Source: an uncultured Candidatus Binatia bacterium (GTDB lineage: Bacteria; Desulfobacterota; Binatia; UBA9968; CAXXLF01). From it: 64,000 bases of DNA. The stretch lies in contig OZ244621.1 of the NCBI GenBank assembly GCA_965218425.1, positions 3,680,001 through 3,744,000 of the forward strand. The letters are read 5' to 3'. Positions 20,466-30,134 of this stretch are shown one piece after another; positions within the stretch are counted from its first letter, which is position 1, and every line of letters starts with the position of its first letter. Position numbers and translations under genes: made by a program. The notes below the pieces were generated by a model that was not told the origin of the DNA, made no database searches, and was given only the letters and a program-made list of their open reading frames with translations.

Positions 20466-20682
20466 GCGAATGTATCGAAGTGGATTCCTAATCAAGTACG
20501 TTCACGACAATCCAGTGAAATAATCCTCGAAGTGTGGGCTGGCGCCAGTGCCTCGACCATCGGCTTAAAGAGAGGAATTGGATCATCCTATTGCTCAGAG
20601 TGCTAGTATCTGCAAAGCGGAGTAGGAAACTTGGATTGACAGATTTGTGCCGCACCGAATAGGGTCCCTTTGAGGAGGCGCA

Positions 20683-20883
20683 ATGGCGACTAATTTCAAT
20701 CCAACCCTCAAACGAGTCTTGCGAGAACTGCAGGCACTGAGAGCAAGGATAGACCAGCAAATCACTGTCATGCGACAAGTGATTCAGCTCACCGCATCTC
20801 TCAAAGCCAGAGTCAAAAAAAGACGAAGAAGACCTCTCGCCCAACCTCGGTGGGTTATGCGCGGGATCGTCAAAGCTTGTTAA
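20683..20883 (+). CDS. Small basic coiled-coil protein
   Basis: Strong RBS gaggagg; heptad-like N-half followed by KARVKKRRRR. Confidence 0.45.
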   Translation: MATNFNPTLKRVLRELQALRARIDQQITVMRQVIQLTASLKARVKKRRRRPLAQPRWVMRGIVKAC

Positions 20884-21202
20884 GGCGTAAGGCCATCCAC
20901 AGCCCCGTTAGGGCCGAGATCGTTCGCTTGATATCACCCCTTGGAAAGATCCTGTCTTTTGTCGTTTCAGGACCTCGTGGTTCGCCATCACGGATAGGAA
21001 TTTGACCGCTGATTCAAAACGACCGTCCTGAAAAGTACGTTGCCTGAGGGGCTATGTCAACGGCCTACGAGATTTTCTTCCAAGTTTGAAATTTCCTGAA
21101 CAGGCGACTTCTACTTCTAAGAATTGCTACATTGGAATTGGGAAATGGGGAAGGTGTCGGATTCCAATGGGCGGGAATCTGTTGATCGGTAAAAGCAGGC
21201 TC

Positions 21203-22465
21203 CTACCGATTCAACGGTTGAGTATCTTTGCGGACTGGTCTGAGAAGGCGTAGAAACAACGTTGTAGTGAGTGTTAAAGAGATGACTGAGGTGAAAATCA
21301 GTCCTAAGGCCACGCCAAAGATGCTCGCGAAGGTTCCCATGACCATGGATCCAACTGAACGAAGGCCTTGATCCATTTGGAAAACACTGATGGCCCTACC
21401 CATCAATCCATATGGCACTTCGGTTTGAATCACTACCCGCGCCATGGTGCGGTAGCCCGCCTGTCCTGCCCCCACAAAAGCCAACAGGGCGACGGATAGC
21501 GGAAAGCTGCCGGACAGGCAAAACAGAATAAGAAACGCGGGTGGGATGGTGACCAGTATCCAGAGAAGGGTTTCCTTCCTGCTTTCCTCTGACAGGCTGG
21601 CAAGGAAGGTCAAGGAAAGGATGGCGCCGATTCCAGGCGCAGACATGAGTACGCCAAAGCCTCCAGGCCCTACGTTTAGGATTTCCTTTGCGAAGATCGG
21701 TAAAAATCTCTGATAGGTGGTCACGAAGACGCTGAGAATATAAGCTGCGCCAATGCTGCCTAGAATCACGGGCTGCTGCCAAATGTATTGAAACCCCTCT
21801 TTGACTTCTCGGAAGAATTGATTTCCACCGTGCCCCAACTCTTTTTTCGGAAGTCGGATCAACAAAAGTTCCAAGGCAGATATGACAAGGCTAACCGCGT
21901 GAACCAGAAAACATCCCCCAACTCCGATCCAGAGGATCAGCACTCCGCCTACGGAGGGACCCATGACTCGAGCAATATTGAAAGCGACGGAAAAAAGGGC
22001 CACTGCATTCATAATTTCCGCCTTGGGGACCAGCTCACGAATGAGGGATTGGGACGCGGACGGATTGATGCCCCTAATGGTTGAATGGATGATCTCCAAC
22101 GCCAGAATATGCCAGAACTCCAGGACACCCAAGAAGAACAGAGCCACCTGGACCAAGATGGGTATTGTTGTCACGAACTGAACCAGTATCAACAAGCGGA
22201 GGCGTTCGTATCGGTCAACCAGCACACCAAAAATTGGCGCAAGAATCAGGCGTGGAGTGGCCTCGCAAAGCCCCAAAACAGCCAGCGCGAGGGCGGAGCT
22301 GGTTATTTCATATACGTACCAGTAAAGTGCCACTTCGCGAATGAGGGCGCCCACCGAAGCAAGAATGTCACTGGACCAAAACAGAGCGTAATTCTTATGG
22401 AGGAGTGAACGAAAAGTGCGAATAGGGTAATTTCCCTTCGAGATAGCAGGTTAAAAGCTTTCCAT
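21203..22465 (-). pseudogene. MFS transporter (DHA3/MFS_3-like) with an in-frame TAA near its N-terminus, or a non-canonical start
   Basis: Multi-TM MFS with GVLVDRYERLRL; conserved N-terminal TFRSLLHKNYALFW lies upstream of ORF start 22354; ATG 22465 followed by TAA at 22451-22453. Confidence 0.7.
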
Positions 22466-22690
22466 GTGATCTTCGTCGGCCATGGGCAGGCTTCTCCCCC
22501 CGGACACTGGCTGTTGTATGATGCCAGAGGACACGAGTATAGCGGAACGGAAGAAAAAAGAGCAACCCGAAGGGTTGCTCGCTATGAAGTAGCCTGCAAA
22601 ATATTGCCCGCTTGCTAATATCGAGTTGTTTGCATAGGATCATTTCACCCGAGCCCCCTTGGGCATACACGGAATAGGAAGGAATGATGC

Positions 22691-23209
22691 ATGGCCGGTC
22701 CATCTGGGCCAGAACTTATTCTGGAAGGGCTGAAAGAAGCCGGCATTAACCTCATCGCTACGCTTCCCGACATCAACCTTCGGGAACTCCTTGGGTTAGT
22801 TGAATCCGAAGACGGTAGTCTGGTTCATGTTCCTCTATGTCGGGAAGAAGAAGGCATCGGCATCTGTGCCGGAGCCTACCTTGTGGGGAAGAAATGTGCC
22901 CTCATCATGCAAAATGGCGGGTTATTCAACAGCGTCAATGGTATCGTTTCAACTCTGCTACAGTATCAGATCCCTCTCCTGCTCCTAGTTTACTATGCGG
23001 GTGACCTGGGGGACCGCACTTTCAGCACAACGGGGGCGGCCACCGAGCCGGTTCTCAATGCTCTCGGTATCCGAAGCTACACTCTTAGAGAATCCCATGA
23101 GGCGAAAGACCTCATCCGTCGCACACAGATCTTGACCATGGACTATAAACGACCAGCGGCTATTCTCCTAACCAAGGATGTTCTCGGAAGAAGGCGGCCG
23201 GGAGAATAG
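22691..23209 (+). CDS. Sulfopyruvate decarboxylase alpha subunit-like (ThDP N-terminal domain)
   Basis: LPD, REEEGIGICAGA, MQNGGLFN. Confidence 0.82.
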   Translation: MAGPSGPELILEGLKEAGINLIATLPDINLRELLGLVESEDGSLVHVPLCREEEGIGICAGAYLVGKKCALIMQNGGLFNSVNGIVSTLLQYQIPLLLLVYYAGDLGDRTFSTTGAATEPVLNALGIRSYTLRESHEAKDLIRRTQILTMDYKRPAAILLTKDVLGRRRPGE

Positions 23210-23222
23210 AGGTTTCATTGCA

Positions 23223-23834
23223 ATGAAAAGGATTGATTGTCTGCGGGCATTGGCAGAAGTGGCGGGGGATGCTCTGGTGGTCACCAGTGCTGGGGCAAAC
23301 ACAGTGGAATGGAACGCCTGCAGGCCAAGCGATGGAAACATCCGCTGTCGCACCTTAGGTCTGACTTGTTCCATAGCCCTGGGCATCGCATTGGGGCTAC
23401 CCAAACGGAAGGTCATTGCACTGGATGGCGACGGGTCCCTACTCATGAATCTTTGCGCTCTACCCACTATCGCCCTCAAAAATCCGCCGAACCTGTTGCA
23501 CGTTGTTTTCGACAACGCGGCCTACGAGTCTTCTGGAGAGATGAGGACCTCCACTTCCTTCGGTACGGATTTGGTGGGAATGGCCAGGTCTGCAGGTTTC
23601 AAGAACGCCGTATCCGCTCAAACCGTTGAGGAGTTTAGAAAAGTAGCCACAGAGGCTCTGAATGCAAACGTGCTAACGTTGATAGGGGCCAAGATTGAGC
23701 TTGCCCGCGCCGAGGTTCCTCCGTATCCCATGGATGAGGTAGAAAACAAGTACCGCTTTATCCGCCATGTGGAAGAGACCGAGGGGGTTCAGATCCTCAA
23801 GATGCCTATGCCCGCAAGTTTTCAGAAGAGCTAA
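23223..23834 (+). CDS. Sulfopyruvate decarboxylase beta subunit-like (ThDP-binding domain)
   Basis: GIALG, DGDGSLLMNL...DN ThDP motif. Confidence 0.82.
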   Translation: MKRIDCLRALAEVAGDALVVTSAGANTVEWNACRPSDGNIRCRTLGLTCSIALGIALGLPKRKVIALDGDGSLLMNLCALPTIALKNPPNLLHVVFDNAAYESSGEMRTSTSFGTDLVGMARSAGFKNAVSAQTVEEFRKVATEALNANVLTLIGAKIELARAEVPPYPMDEVENKYRFIRHVEETEGVQILKMPMPASFQKS

Positions 23835-23896
23835 CAAAAACCTTCTTGGAATTGTCCTGTTGAGCCTCTTTTCGTCAAGAATCCAGCAGCTAAATC

Positions 23897-24250
23897 CTAT
23901 CCCTCTTCCGGAGTAAAAATAAAATTTAGACCCAGCCATAGGCTTCTTGAGTATCGGAAAAAGAAGACGGGGAAAAGGGTTCCAAAGGCAAACCACAAGA
24001 CAAGTTGATGGCTAAGTATCATATCGGTGAAATAGTCGAGGACAAAGTACCCCGGTATTGCAACGGCCACTGTGGCTGCATAGTTGAGATAGATGGCCCC
24101 GACAAAAAATCCAGGCTCACGCTCGAACTTGAAGCGGCAACTAGGGCACTGAACGTGCATTTTGAACAGCCCCAGAAACAACGCGCCTGTTTTGCATTTA
24201 GGACATTTTAAACGGATAGCGGCAGATATGATTTGAAAGGTACGGCCCAA
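23897..24250 (-). CDS. DUF983-like zinc-ribbon membrane protein
   Basis: CPKC...CPSC, EREPGFFVGA, two TM helices, SRSLW; TTG start inferred. Confidence 0.75.
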   Translation of the reverse strand: MGRTFQIISAAIRLKCPKCKTGALFLGLFKMHVQCPSCRFKFEREPGFFVGAIYLNYAATVAVAIPGYFVLDYFTDMILSHQLVLWFAFGTLFPVFFFRYSRSLWLGLNFIFTPEEG

Positions 24251-24251
24251 A

Positions 24252-24713
24252 CTATTCCCGAACCTGGACGATGATCTCCGTTTCCACTGGAGCATCGGCT
24301 CCGAGGGAGACAACTCCAAGGGCGGCTCGGGCATGTTGACCCCGTTCGCCCCACAACTGGACCAATAGGTCGGACTCACCATTGATCACCTGTGGCATCT
24401 GTTTGAAACCAGGTAGAACGGTAACGTAACCCGTAACTTTGACAATGCGCTCCACCTTGTCCAGATCTCCCACCGCATCCTTAATGATGGCCAGATGATT
24501 GAGTGCGCAGTCACGGGCGACCTCGTAGCCCTGCCCGAGGGTTACTGTGTCGCCAACGATGCCTGAATATTTTCGAACTCCATTGATACGACCGGTATTG
24601 CCTCCAATAAAGAGAAGGTTGCCGACTTTTACGTATGTAATGTAATTTGCCGCGGGCTTTGGCGGATTGGGTAATTCGAAGCCCAGGGAGTTCAGTTTTT
24701 TTTCTATTTCCAT
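24252..24713 (-). CDS. RidA/YjgF family protein
   Basis: PKPAANY, VINGESDLL, GQHARAALG, APVETE. Confidence 0.88.
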   Translation of the reverse strand: MEIEKKLNSLGFELPNPPKPAANYITYVKVGNLLFIGGNTGRINGVRKYSGIVGDTVTLGQGYEVARDCALNHLAIIKDAVGDLDKVERIVKVTGYVTVLPGFKQMPQVINGESDLLVQLWGERGQHARAALGVVSLGADAPVETEIIVQVRE

Positions 24714-24766
24714 ACTAGCTCCTGTTCAATGGACCCGTTGTAATACGAGAGAACCAGGACCAAGCT

Positions 24767-25060
24767 TCATCCGGCATTACCAAAGCCACCGACTCCAAGG
24801 ATCTGATGTATCTCCCACTCGTATAGGTCGAAGGTACAAAAACCACCCTCCGTGTAGGGGTCGCCGGCGGCGATTTTTTCGGCTTTTTCCCGAGACTCCG
24901 CCCGAATCACATAGATTCCTATCTTCCGATCCCTCGTAGGACCGGAGAGTAGTGTCGTTCCTGCCTCGTGTTGCCGTTTCATCCAGGCTAGATGTTGCTC
25001 CAAGGTTACGGTCCACTCCTCTCTCGGCCGAATGGATCGACGGTGAATCAGATACTACAT
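24767..25060 (-). pseudogene. YciI-family protein with TAG at codon 2
   Basis: RBS aggagagggg, then ATG TAG TAT CTG ATT in frame with EQHLAWM...LSGP...DPY; a shorter TTG-started ORF is possible. Confidence 0.65.
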
Positions 25061-25204
25061 GGATCTATCCCCTCTCCTGGTAATAATCGCACTTTATGTC
25101 GCATACAATTTGATTTTTTGCACTACTAAGTCTCACGGGCACGTACGCTTCTATTCGATTGGAACATCCATGTCAACGGCTCCTGGACACGAGCATCTCT
25201 CTTC

Positions 25205-25293
25205 GAGGAGCGAACCTGTGGCCGCGGGCAATAGGCTAGTGAATCTCTGAAGCTGAACGTTCGATGCCCAAGGCTTTCCATCTCACCGCCCTT
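25205..25293 (+). repeat. Dispersed structured non-coding element, copy B (module 1 only)
   Basis: ggccgcgggcaata.gc..gtgaat.t.tgaa.c.gaac.ttcgatgccca.ggc shared with about 5163-5218. Confidence 0.7.
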
Positions 25294-25396
25294 TGGTGGA
25301 CTTCTAATTTTTGAGCGCAGGAAGCTTGACACTGGATTCAAATCCCTTATACAAGGACTGACCGTATTCGGCAGGCGCGCAAGGAAAGGTTGGGAG

Positions 25397-26860
25397 TTGC
25401 CCTATAGAGATTTAAGAGAATTCATTTTAGCTCTGGAAGAGATTGAAGAGCTTCGAGTGGTTCAGGGAGCGGACTGGAATCTGGAAATCGGGACTCTGGA
25501 CGAGCTCAACTATGAAAGGCTGGGTCCAGCCCTGTTGTTTGACGAGATCAAAGATTATCCCAAGGGCTATCGGATTTTGACCAATGCCATGGATCCTCTC
25601 CGCCGTGCTCTTCTAGCGGTGGACCTGCCCTTGGATCTGGATGTTGATACTGCCATTGAGCATTACGAAAGGAAGGTTTTCGGCCCCTACATGCCGAAAT
25701 CTCCCGTGGTGGTTAAATCGGGACCCATTCATGAAAATGTCTTTATGGGGGAAGAGATCGATCTGTGGAAATTTCCCACACCAAAATGGCACGGGGGGGA
25801 TGGGGGGCGTTACATCGGCACGGGATGCATGGTGATCATGAAAGATCCTGATACCGATGTCATCAGTTTTGGGTGCTATCGAGTCATGGTGAGCGGCAAG
25901 AGCACTGCGGGACTGTACATATCCCCTTCCCACACCGGTGCAACCGTTGAAAAGAAGTACTGGGAGAAAGGGCAGAGTTGTCCCGTGGCGGTTTCCATGG
26001 GGCAAGATCCGGTACTATTCTTAGGGGCCGGGCATTTTTTCGGTGAGAAGAGACAGGTCAACAAGTATGATTTGATGGGACAGATTCGCGGAGCGCCGGT
26101 GGAAGTGGTTCGAGAGGAGACCACGGGGCTGCCCATTCCTGCGACCTCAGAAATCGTCATTGCGGGGGAGATTCCTCCACCTGATGTGCAATCTGAAGAG
26201 GAGGGGCCATTCGGTGAATGGACCGGATATTTTACCTTGGGAAGTCGGCCGGAGCCGGTCATTCGAGTGAAAGCCCTGTATCATCGCAACGATCCGATTA
26301 TCCTTGGAATGCCACCCAAAAAATATCGACGCCCGACTCTTAACTATGGCCTTCCCACAAAGGCAAAGGCGGTCAAGGAACGCCTTCAAGGGATCGGAAT
26401 CGAGGAGGTCCTCGATGTTTGGCACCTGGCGATTCCAGGTTTCACGGTGGTTCAAATCCGGCAGCGGTATCCCGGCCACGCCATGAAGGCCGCCTTGGCC
26501 GCTTCGGGAGATTATATGGGCCGGTTTGTGGTAGTGGTGGACGAGGATATTAATCCTCGTGATCCTGAGGATGTACTGTGGGCCATTGGGACCCGGTGCG
26601 ATCCAGTGACTGCCTTAACCGTTCTTAAGGGTTGCACGTCCAGTGCGCTGGACCCCAGGATACCACCCCAGCGAAAAGAGAAAAGAGATTTTACCAGTTC
26701 GCGAGCCATCCTTGTCGCCTGTAAACCCTACCATTGGATGAAGGAATTTCCCAAGACAAACATTGCAGGGCCCCGACTGCGCAGAAAGGTTGTGGAGAAG
26801 TGGGGCCACCTGTTCCAATCGCAACGCGCGGCAAAAAGAGCCGGGCCAGGCGAGACCTAA
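25397..26860 (+). CDS. UbiD-family (de)carboxylase
   Basis: PYRDLREF, DGGRYIGT, EGPFGEWTGY, VVDEDINP, WAIGTRCDP. Confidence 0.92.
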   Translation: MPYRDLREFILALEEIEELRVVQGADWNLEIGTLDELNYERLGPALLFDEIKDYPKGYRILTNAMDPLRRALLAVDLPLDLDVDTAIEHYERKVFGPYMPKSPVVVKSGPIHENVFMGEEIDLWKFPTPKWHGGDGGRYIGTGCMVIMKDPDTDVISFGCYRVMVSGKSTAGLYISPSHTGATVEKKYWEKGQSCPVAVSMGQDPVLFLGAGHFFGEKRQVNKYDLMGQIRGAPVEVVREETTGLPIPATSEIVIAGEIPPPDVQSEEEGPFGEWTGYFTLGSRPEPVIRVKALYHRNDPIILGMPPKKYRRPTLNYGLPTKAKAVKERLQGIGIEEVLDVWHLAIPGFTVVQIRQRYPGHAMKAALAASGDYMGRFVVVVDEDINPRDPEDVLWAIGTRCDPVTALTVLKGCTSSALDPRIPPQRKEKRDFTSSRAILVACKPYHWMKEFPKTNIAGPRLRRKVVEKWGHLFQSQRAAKRAGPGET

Positions 26861-27465
26861 GGAAGTTTTCTGAGGGCCAGTAAAATCTGTTCGTTGCTTG
26901 CCCGGACCTGGTAATTCGTTTCCACGAAACGCCAGCGCACCGTGCCTTGGCGGTCAATGACGTAGGTTGCGGGGTGAGGCCAACCGGGGCTTTGAGGATT
27001 GAGGAGCCCGTAGCGGTCGATGACCTTGTGATCTTTGTCCTGGAGCAGGGGGAAATCGAATTCTCCGGGATAACTCTGCGCTAGCTCTCGGATGAAGCGC
27101 TTGGAATCCTGATGAGCATCGATACTGACCGCAAGGATCTGGACCTTTGACTTTTCTTCTTTAGTTAGTAAACTTTTCAGCTTCCCGAGCTGCCTACCAC
27201 AGAAGGGTCACCAGTGGCCCCGGTAAAATACTAAAACCACTTTCTTGTTGTTGTGAAATTGGGAGAGGGAAACTTTTCTCCCCTCCGTGTCTTCCAAGGC
27301 AAAATCCGGCGCCCTGTCACCGACCTTGACCCGATCCAGCTCCACGGGAGTCAAGCCTTTCCCGTCCCTGGGGCCGAGCTGGGCGTAACCCACGGAAAGG
27401 AGCACAACTGTCAGGAAAATGATCGTAGCGATACCGCGCGGAACCATCACGTCTCCTTCTGCCAT
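26857..27465 (-). CDS. Exported peroxiredoxin-like (AhpC/TSA) selenoprotein with UxxC motif
   Basis: VGDRAPDFAL...VVLVFYRGHW-TGA-PFC; frame stays open 116 codons past TGA (ILAVSID, FPLLQD, HPATYVID) to TAG 26857; SECIS-like hairpin. Confidence 0.88.
27175..27210 (-). promoter_or_regulatory. Candidate bacterial SECIS element
   Basis: UGA, 15 nt, then stem cagct/agctg with loop cggga. Confidence 0.6.
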
Positions 27466-27646
27466 ATTAAACGGTTTTTACCCAATCGCAGTTCCCAATT
27501 CAAACCAATGGTTTTCGATCACCAGTTTCTAAACATTGATTTTTTTGTCAGTTGTCTTGTATGTTAAAGGAAGGGTTAGGACAAAACAGTCCAATTTCAG
27601 GTTGAAGTCTCCCAGCCTGTATCAGAACTGGGGAGGCGTGAGGCAA

Positions 27647-27739
<93 letters not shown>

Positions 27740-27856
27740 GGCTTAGTTATTTGTCAATCGTCAATGACGAGCGAGAGTTCGGATCTTACGGCTTGCACTT
27801 GGCGGTGTTATCCATTGACCTATGGTAAATAACTGTTGATAAATGAGGGATGTTGA

Positions 27857-27968
27857 TTGCTGATAGCCGGGTCCTGTGCAAGGTGGTTCCGTGAACCCCG
27901 TCAGGTCCGGAAGGAAGCAGCGGTAGCGGGTTTACCCCTGTGCCACAGGGAAGCCTGGCTGTCAGCAA
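27857..27968 (+). ncRNA. ffs: SRP (4.5S) RNA
   Basis: tcaggtccggaaggaagcagc helix-8 motif, terminal complementarity ttgctgatagcc/ggctgtcagcaa, upstream of dnaX. Confidence 0.95.
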
Positions 27969-28048
27969 TGGTCATCCCAGCCTCCCTGGGCGAGGCAATT
28001 TAGATCTCAGATTTCGGGTTTGAGCTTGAAGATTCCCGGCGCAATATT

Positions 28049-29743
28049 ATGTCTTACTTGGTTTTAGCGCGAAAGTGGCGACCCCAGAACTTCGGGGATA
28101 TCGTGGGTCAGGGGCATATTACTCGAGTTCTCACCAATGCCATCTTGTCCAACCGAATTGCCCACAGCTATTTGCTCAGCGGGGTTCGGGGTGTGGGGAA
28201 AACTACTGTAGCTCGAATTATTGCCAAGGCCCTGAATTGTGAGAAGGGCCCGACTCCAGAGCCGTGCAATCGGTGTAGCCATTGTGTGGAGATTGTAAAT
28301 GGAAACTCCATGGACGTTTTTGAGATCGACGGTGCCTCAAATCGTGGGATTGACGAGGTTCGACAAATCATCGAAAACGTCAGGTATCAGCCGGCCAAGA
28401 GTCGATTTAAAATCTACATTATTGATGAGGTTCATCAGGTTACCAAAGACGCCTTCAATGCCTTGTTAAAGACCCTGGAAGAGCCTGCTTCCTTTGTCAG
28501 ATTTATCCTCGCCACCACAGAACCCCATCGTCTTCCGGAAACCATTCGTTCCCGTTGCCAGCGATTCGATTTCCGGCGGATCCCGGTCCATGAAATCGCG
28601 GGACGACTTGGTGAGATTGCACAGGCGGAGTCGCTGCACATCACGGAGGGGGCCCTGCTGCTGATTGCCCGCGAAGCCCAGGGAAGCATGCGGGATGCAC
28701 AGTCACTCCTGGAGCAGGTGCTCTCATATGCGGCCCCCGTGGAAGGGTCAAAAGAGGCCATCATCGAGGTGGATGAACGACTGTTGCAGGATATCCTCGG
28801 CATCGCGGAGCGAAAGATCCTCCACGATCTATGCGCGGCGGTCATGGATGGCGAACCAGGGAGGTGTGTTGAGTTGGTGGCAGAGGTGGCTGCAAACGGG
28901 TTGGACTTGACTCGATTATCCCGAGATTTGGTGGAGCAATTCCGAAACCTACTGGTGGCTCGATTGGCCGTAGGACAGGGCAGCAGGGAATCTGCCCCCA
29001 CCTCCCAGGGGTCTATGTCCGGGCTGCTGTTCGACCTCCACGACCAGGAAATCGAGGATCTCAAACGCCAGGTGACTGATGTCCCCGCGGAGGGCCTCAT
29101 GGACTATTTCAGGGTCATGTCGGAAGGGGATGAGGAAGTGGCTCGCTCTCCCTATCCTCGTTTCGCCCTGGAAGCCACTTTGGTGAGGCTTGCCACGCTG
29201 CCAAAGTCCATGGACATTTCCGAAGCCCTCCATCTGCTAGAGAGTCTGGAACGGAGACTCTCAGCAGGACGGGAACTTGAGGAATCAACACTCGATGAAG
29301 AAATTCCCCCGCAGCCGGTAAAAACGGATGTGGTTCATCGCGCCCCATCTCCACCGTCGGAGAAGCTCCCAGGTGAAGACAAAGGGGAGGTTTGGAAGCG
29401 ATTTGTCGCGTTTGTCATGAAGGAAAAGAAGTTTCTCGCTTCTCATCTCGAGAAGGTGCGTCCATTGGAGTTTCCTCCAGGGCCTTTAAAGATTGGTGTG
29501 GAGGATCGCCATCATTTGACCTATCTTCAGGATCGGGAGAACCTATCCATGTTGAAAGACCTTGCCGATCGCTTCTTCTCCGGCGATGTTAAGGTATCCA
29601 TCGCTCCTTCAAGTATCAAACCTCAGGAGGCAGAGCAGGGTACGGATCTGAGTAAAACCACCCCAAGTGAGGCAGGCGACGTGGTGGAGGAAGCACTTCG
29701 GATATTTGGCGGTTCCATAAAGGAAGTAAAAGAAAAGTCTTAA
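28049..29743 (+). CDS. dnaX: DNA polymerase III gamma/tau
   Basis: LARKWRP, GVGKTT, zinc module, EIDGASN, IIDEVH, SRC. Confidence 0.97.
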   Translation: MSYLVLARKWRPQNFGDIVGQGHITRVLTNAILSNRIAHSYLLSGVRGVGKTTVARIIAKALNCEKGPTPEPCNRCSHCVEIVNGNSMDVFEIDGASNRGIDEVRQIIENVRYQPAKSRFKIYIIDEVHQVTKDAFNALLKTLEEPASFVRFILATTEPHRLPETIRSRCQRFDFRRIPVHEIAGRLGEIAQAESLHITEGALLLIAREAQGSMRDAQSLLEQVLSYAAPVEGSKEAIIEVDERLLQDILGIAERKILHDLCAAVMDGEPGRCVELVAEVAANGLDLTRLSRDLVEQFRNLLVARLAVGQGSRESAPTSQGSMSGLLFDLHDQEIEDLKRQVTDVPAEGLMDYFRVMSEGDEEVARSPYPRFALEATLVRLATLPKSMDISEALHLLESLERRLSAGRELEESTLDEEIPPQPVKTDVVHRAPSPPSEKLPGEDKGEVWKRFVAFVMKEKKFLASHLEKVRPLEFPPGPLKIGVEDRHHLTYLQDRENLSMLKDLADRFFSGDVKVSIAPSSIKPQEAEQGTDLSKTTPSEAGDVVEEALRIFGGSIKEVKEKS

Positions 29744-29798
29744 GCGTTGAGTCGGGAGATGCGGACGGCACAGCACAGAACGGAGAATGGGGGATTCT

Positions 29799-30134
29799 AT
29801 GGCTAAGGGATTTGGCGGCATGGGAAACATGGGCAACCTTCTCAAGCAGGCACAGGAGATGCAATCGAAACTGGCGCAGGTTCAGGAAGAGATGGGGCAA
29901 AAGACCGTGGATGCGTCTTCTGGAGGAGGGATGGTGAAGGTGACGGTTAATGGACAACTGGTGCTTTCTTCAATCAAGATTGATCCTACCGTGGTGAATC
30001 CTCAAGAAATCGAAATGCTGGAGGATCTTATCCAGGCGGCCATCAATGAAGGGGTACGGCGGGCACGGGAGATGGTCTCGGAAGAGATGAGCAAGTTGAC
30101 GGGGGGTTTTAAGATCCCCGGGATGACGGTATGA
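29799..30134 (+). CDS. ybaB: YbaB/EbfC nucleoid-associated protein
   Basis: LLKQAQEMQ, SGGGMV, LEDLI; dnaX-ybaB-recR synteny. Confidence 0.95.
   Translation: MAKGFGGMGNMGNLLKQAQEMQSKLAQVQEEMGQKTVDASSGGGMVKVTVNGQLVLSSIKIDPTVVNPQEIEMLEDLIQAAINEGVRRAREMVSEEMSKLTGGFKIPGMTV

Noticed and set aside
25130..25152. gcacgtacgcttc resembling group II intron domain V
   Set aside because: No matching 5' arm with the catalytic triad, no domain VI and no RT ORF
28049..29743. dnaX programmed frameshift
   Set aside because: No A AAA AAG or long homopolymer slippery site seen at the expected position
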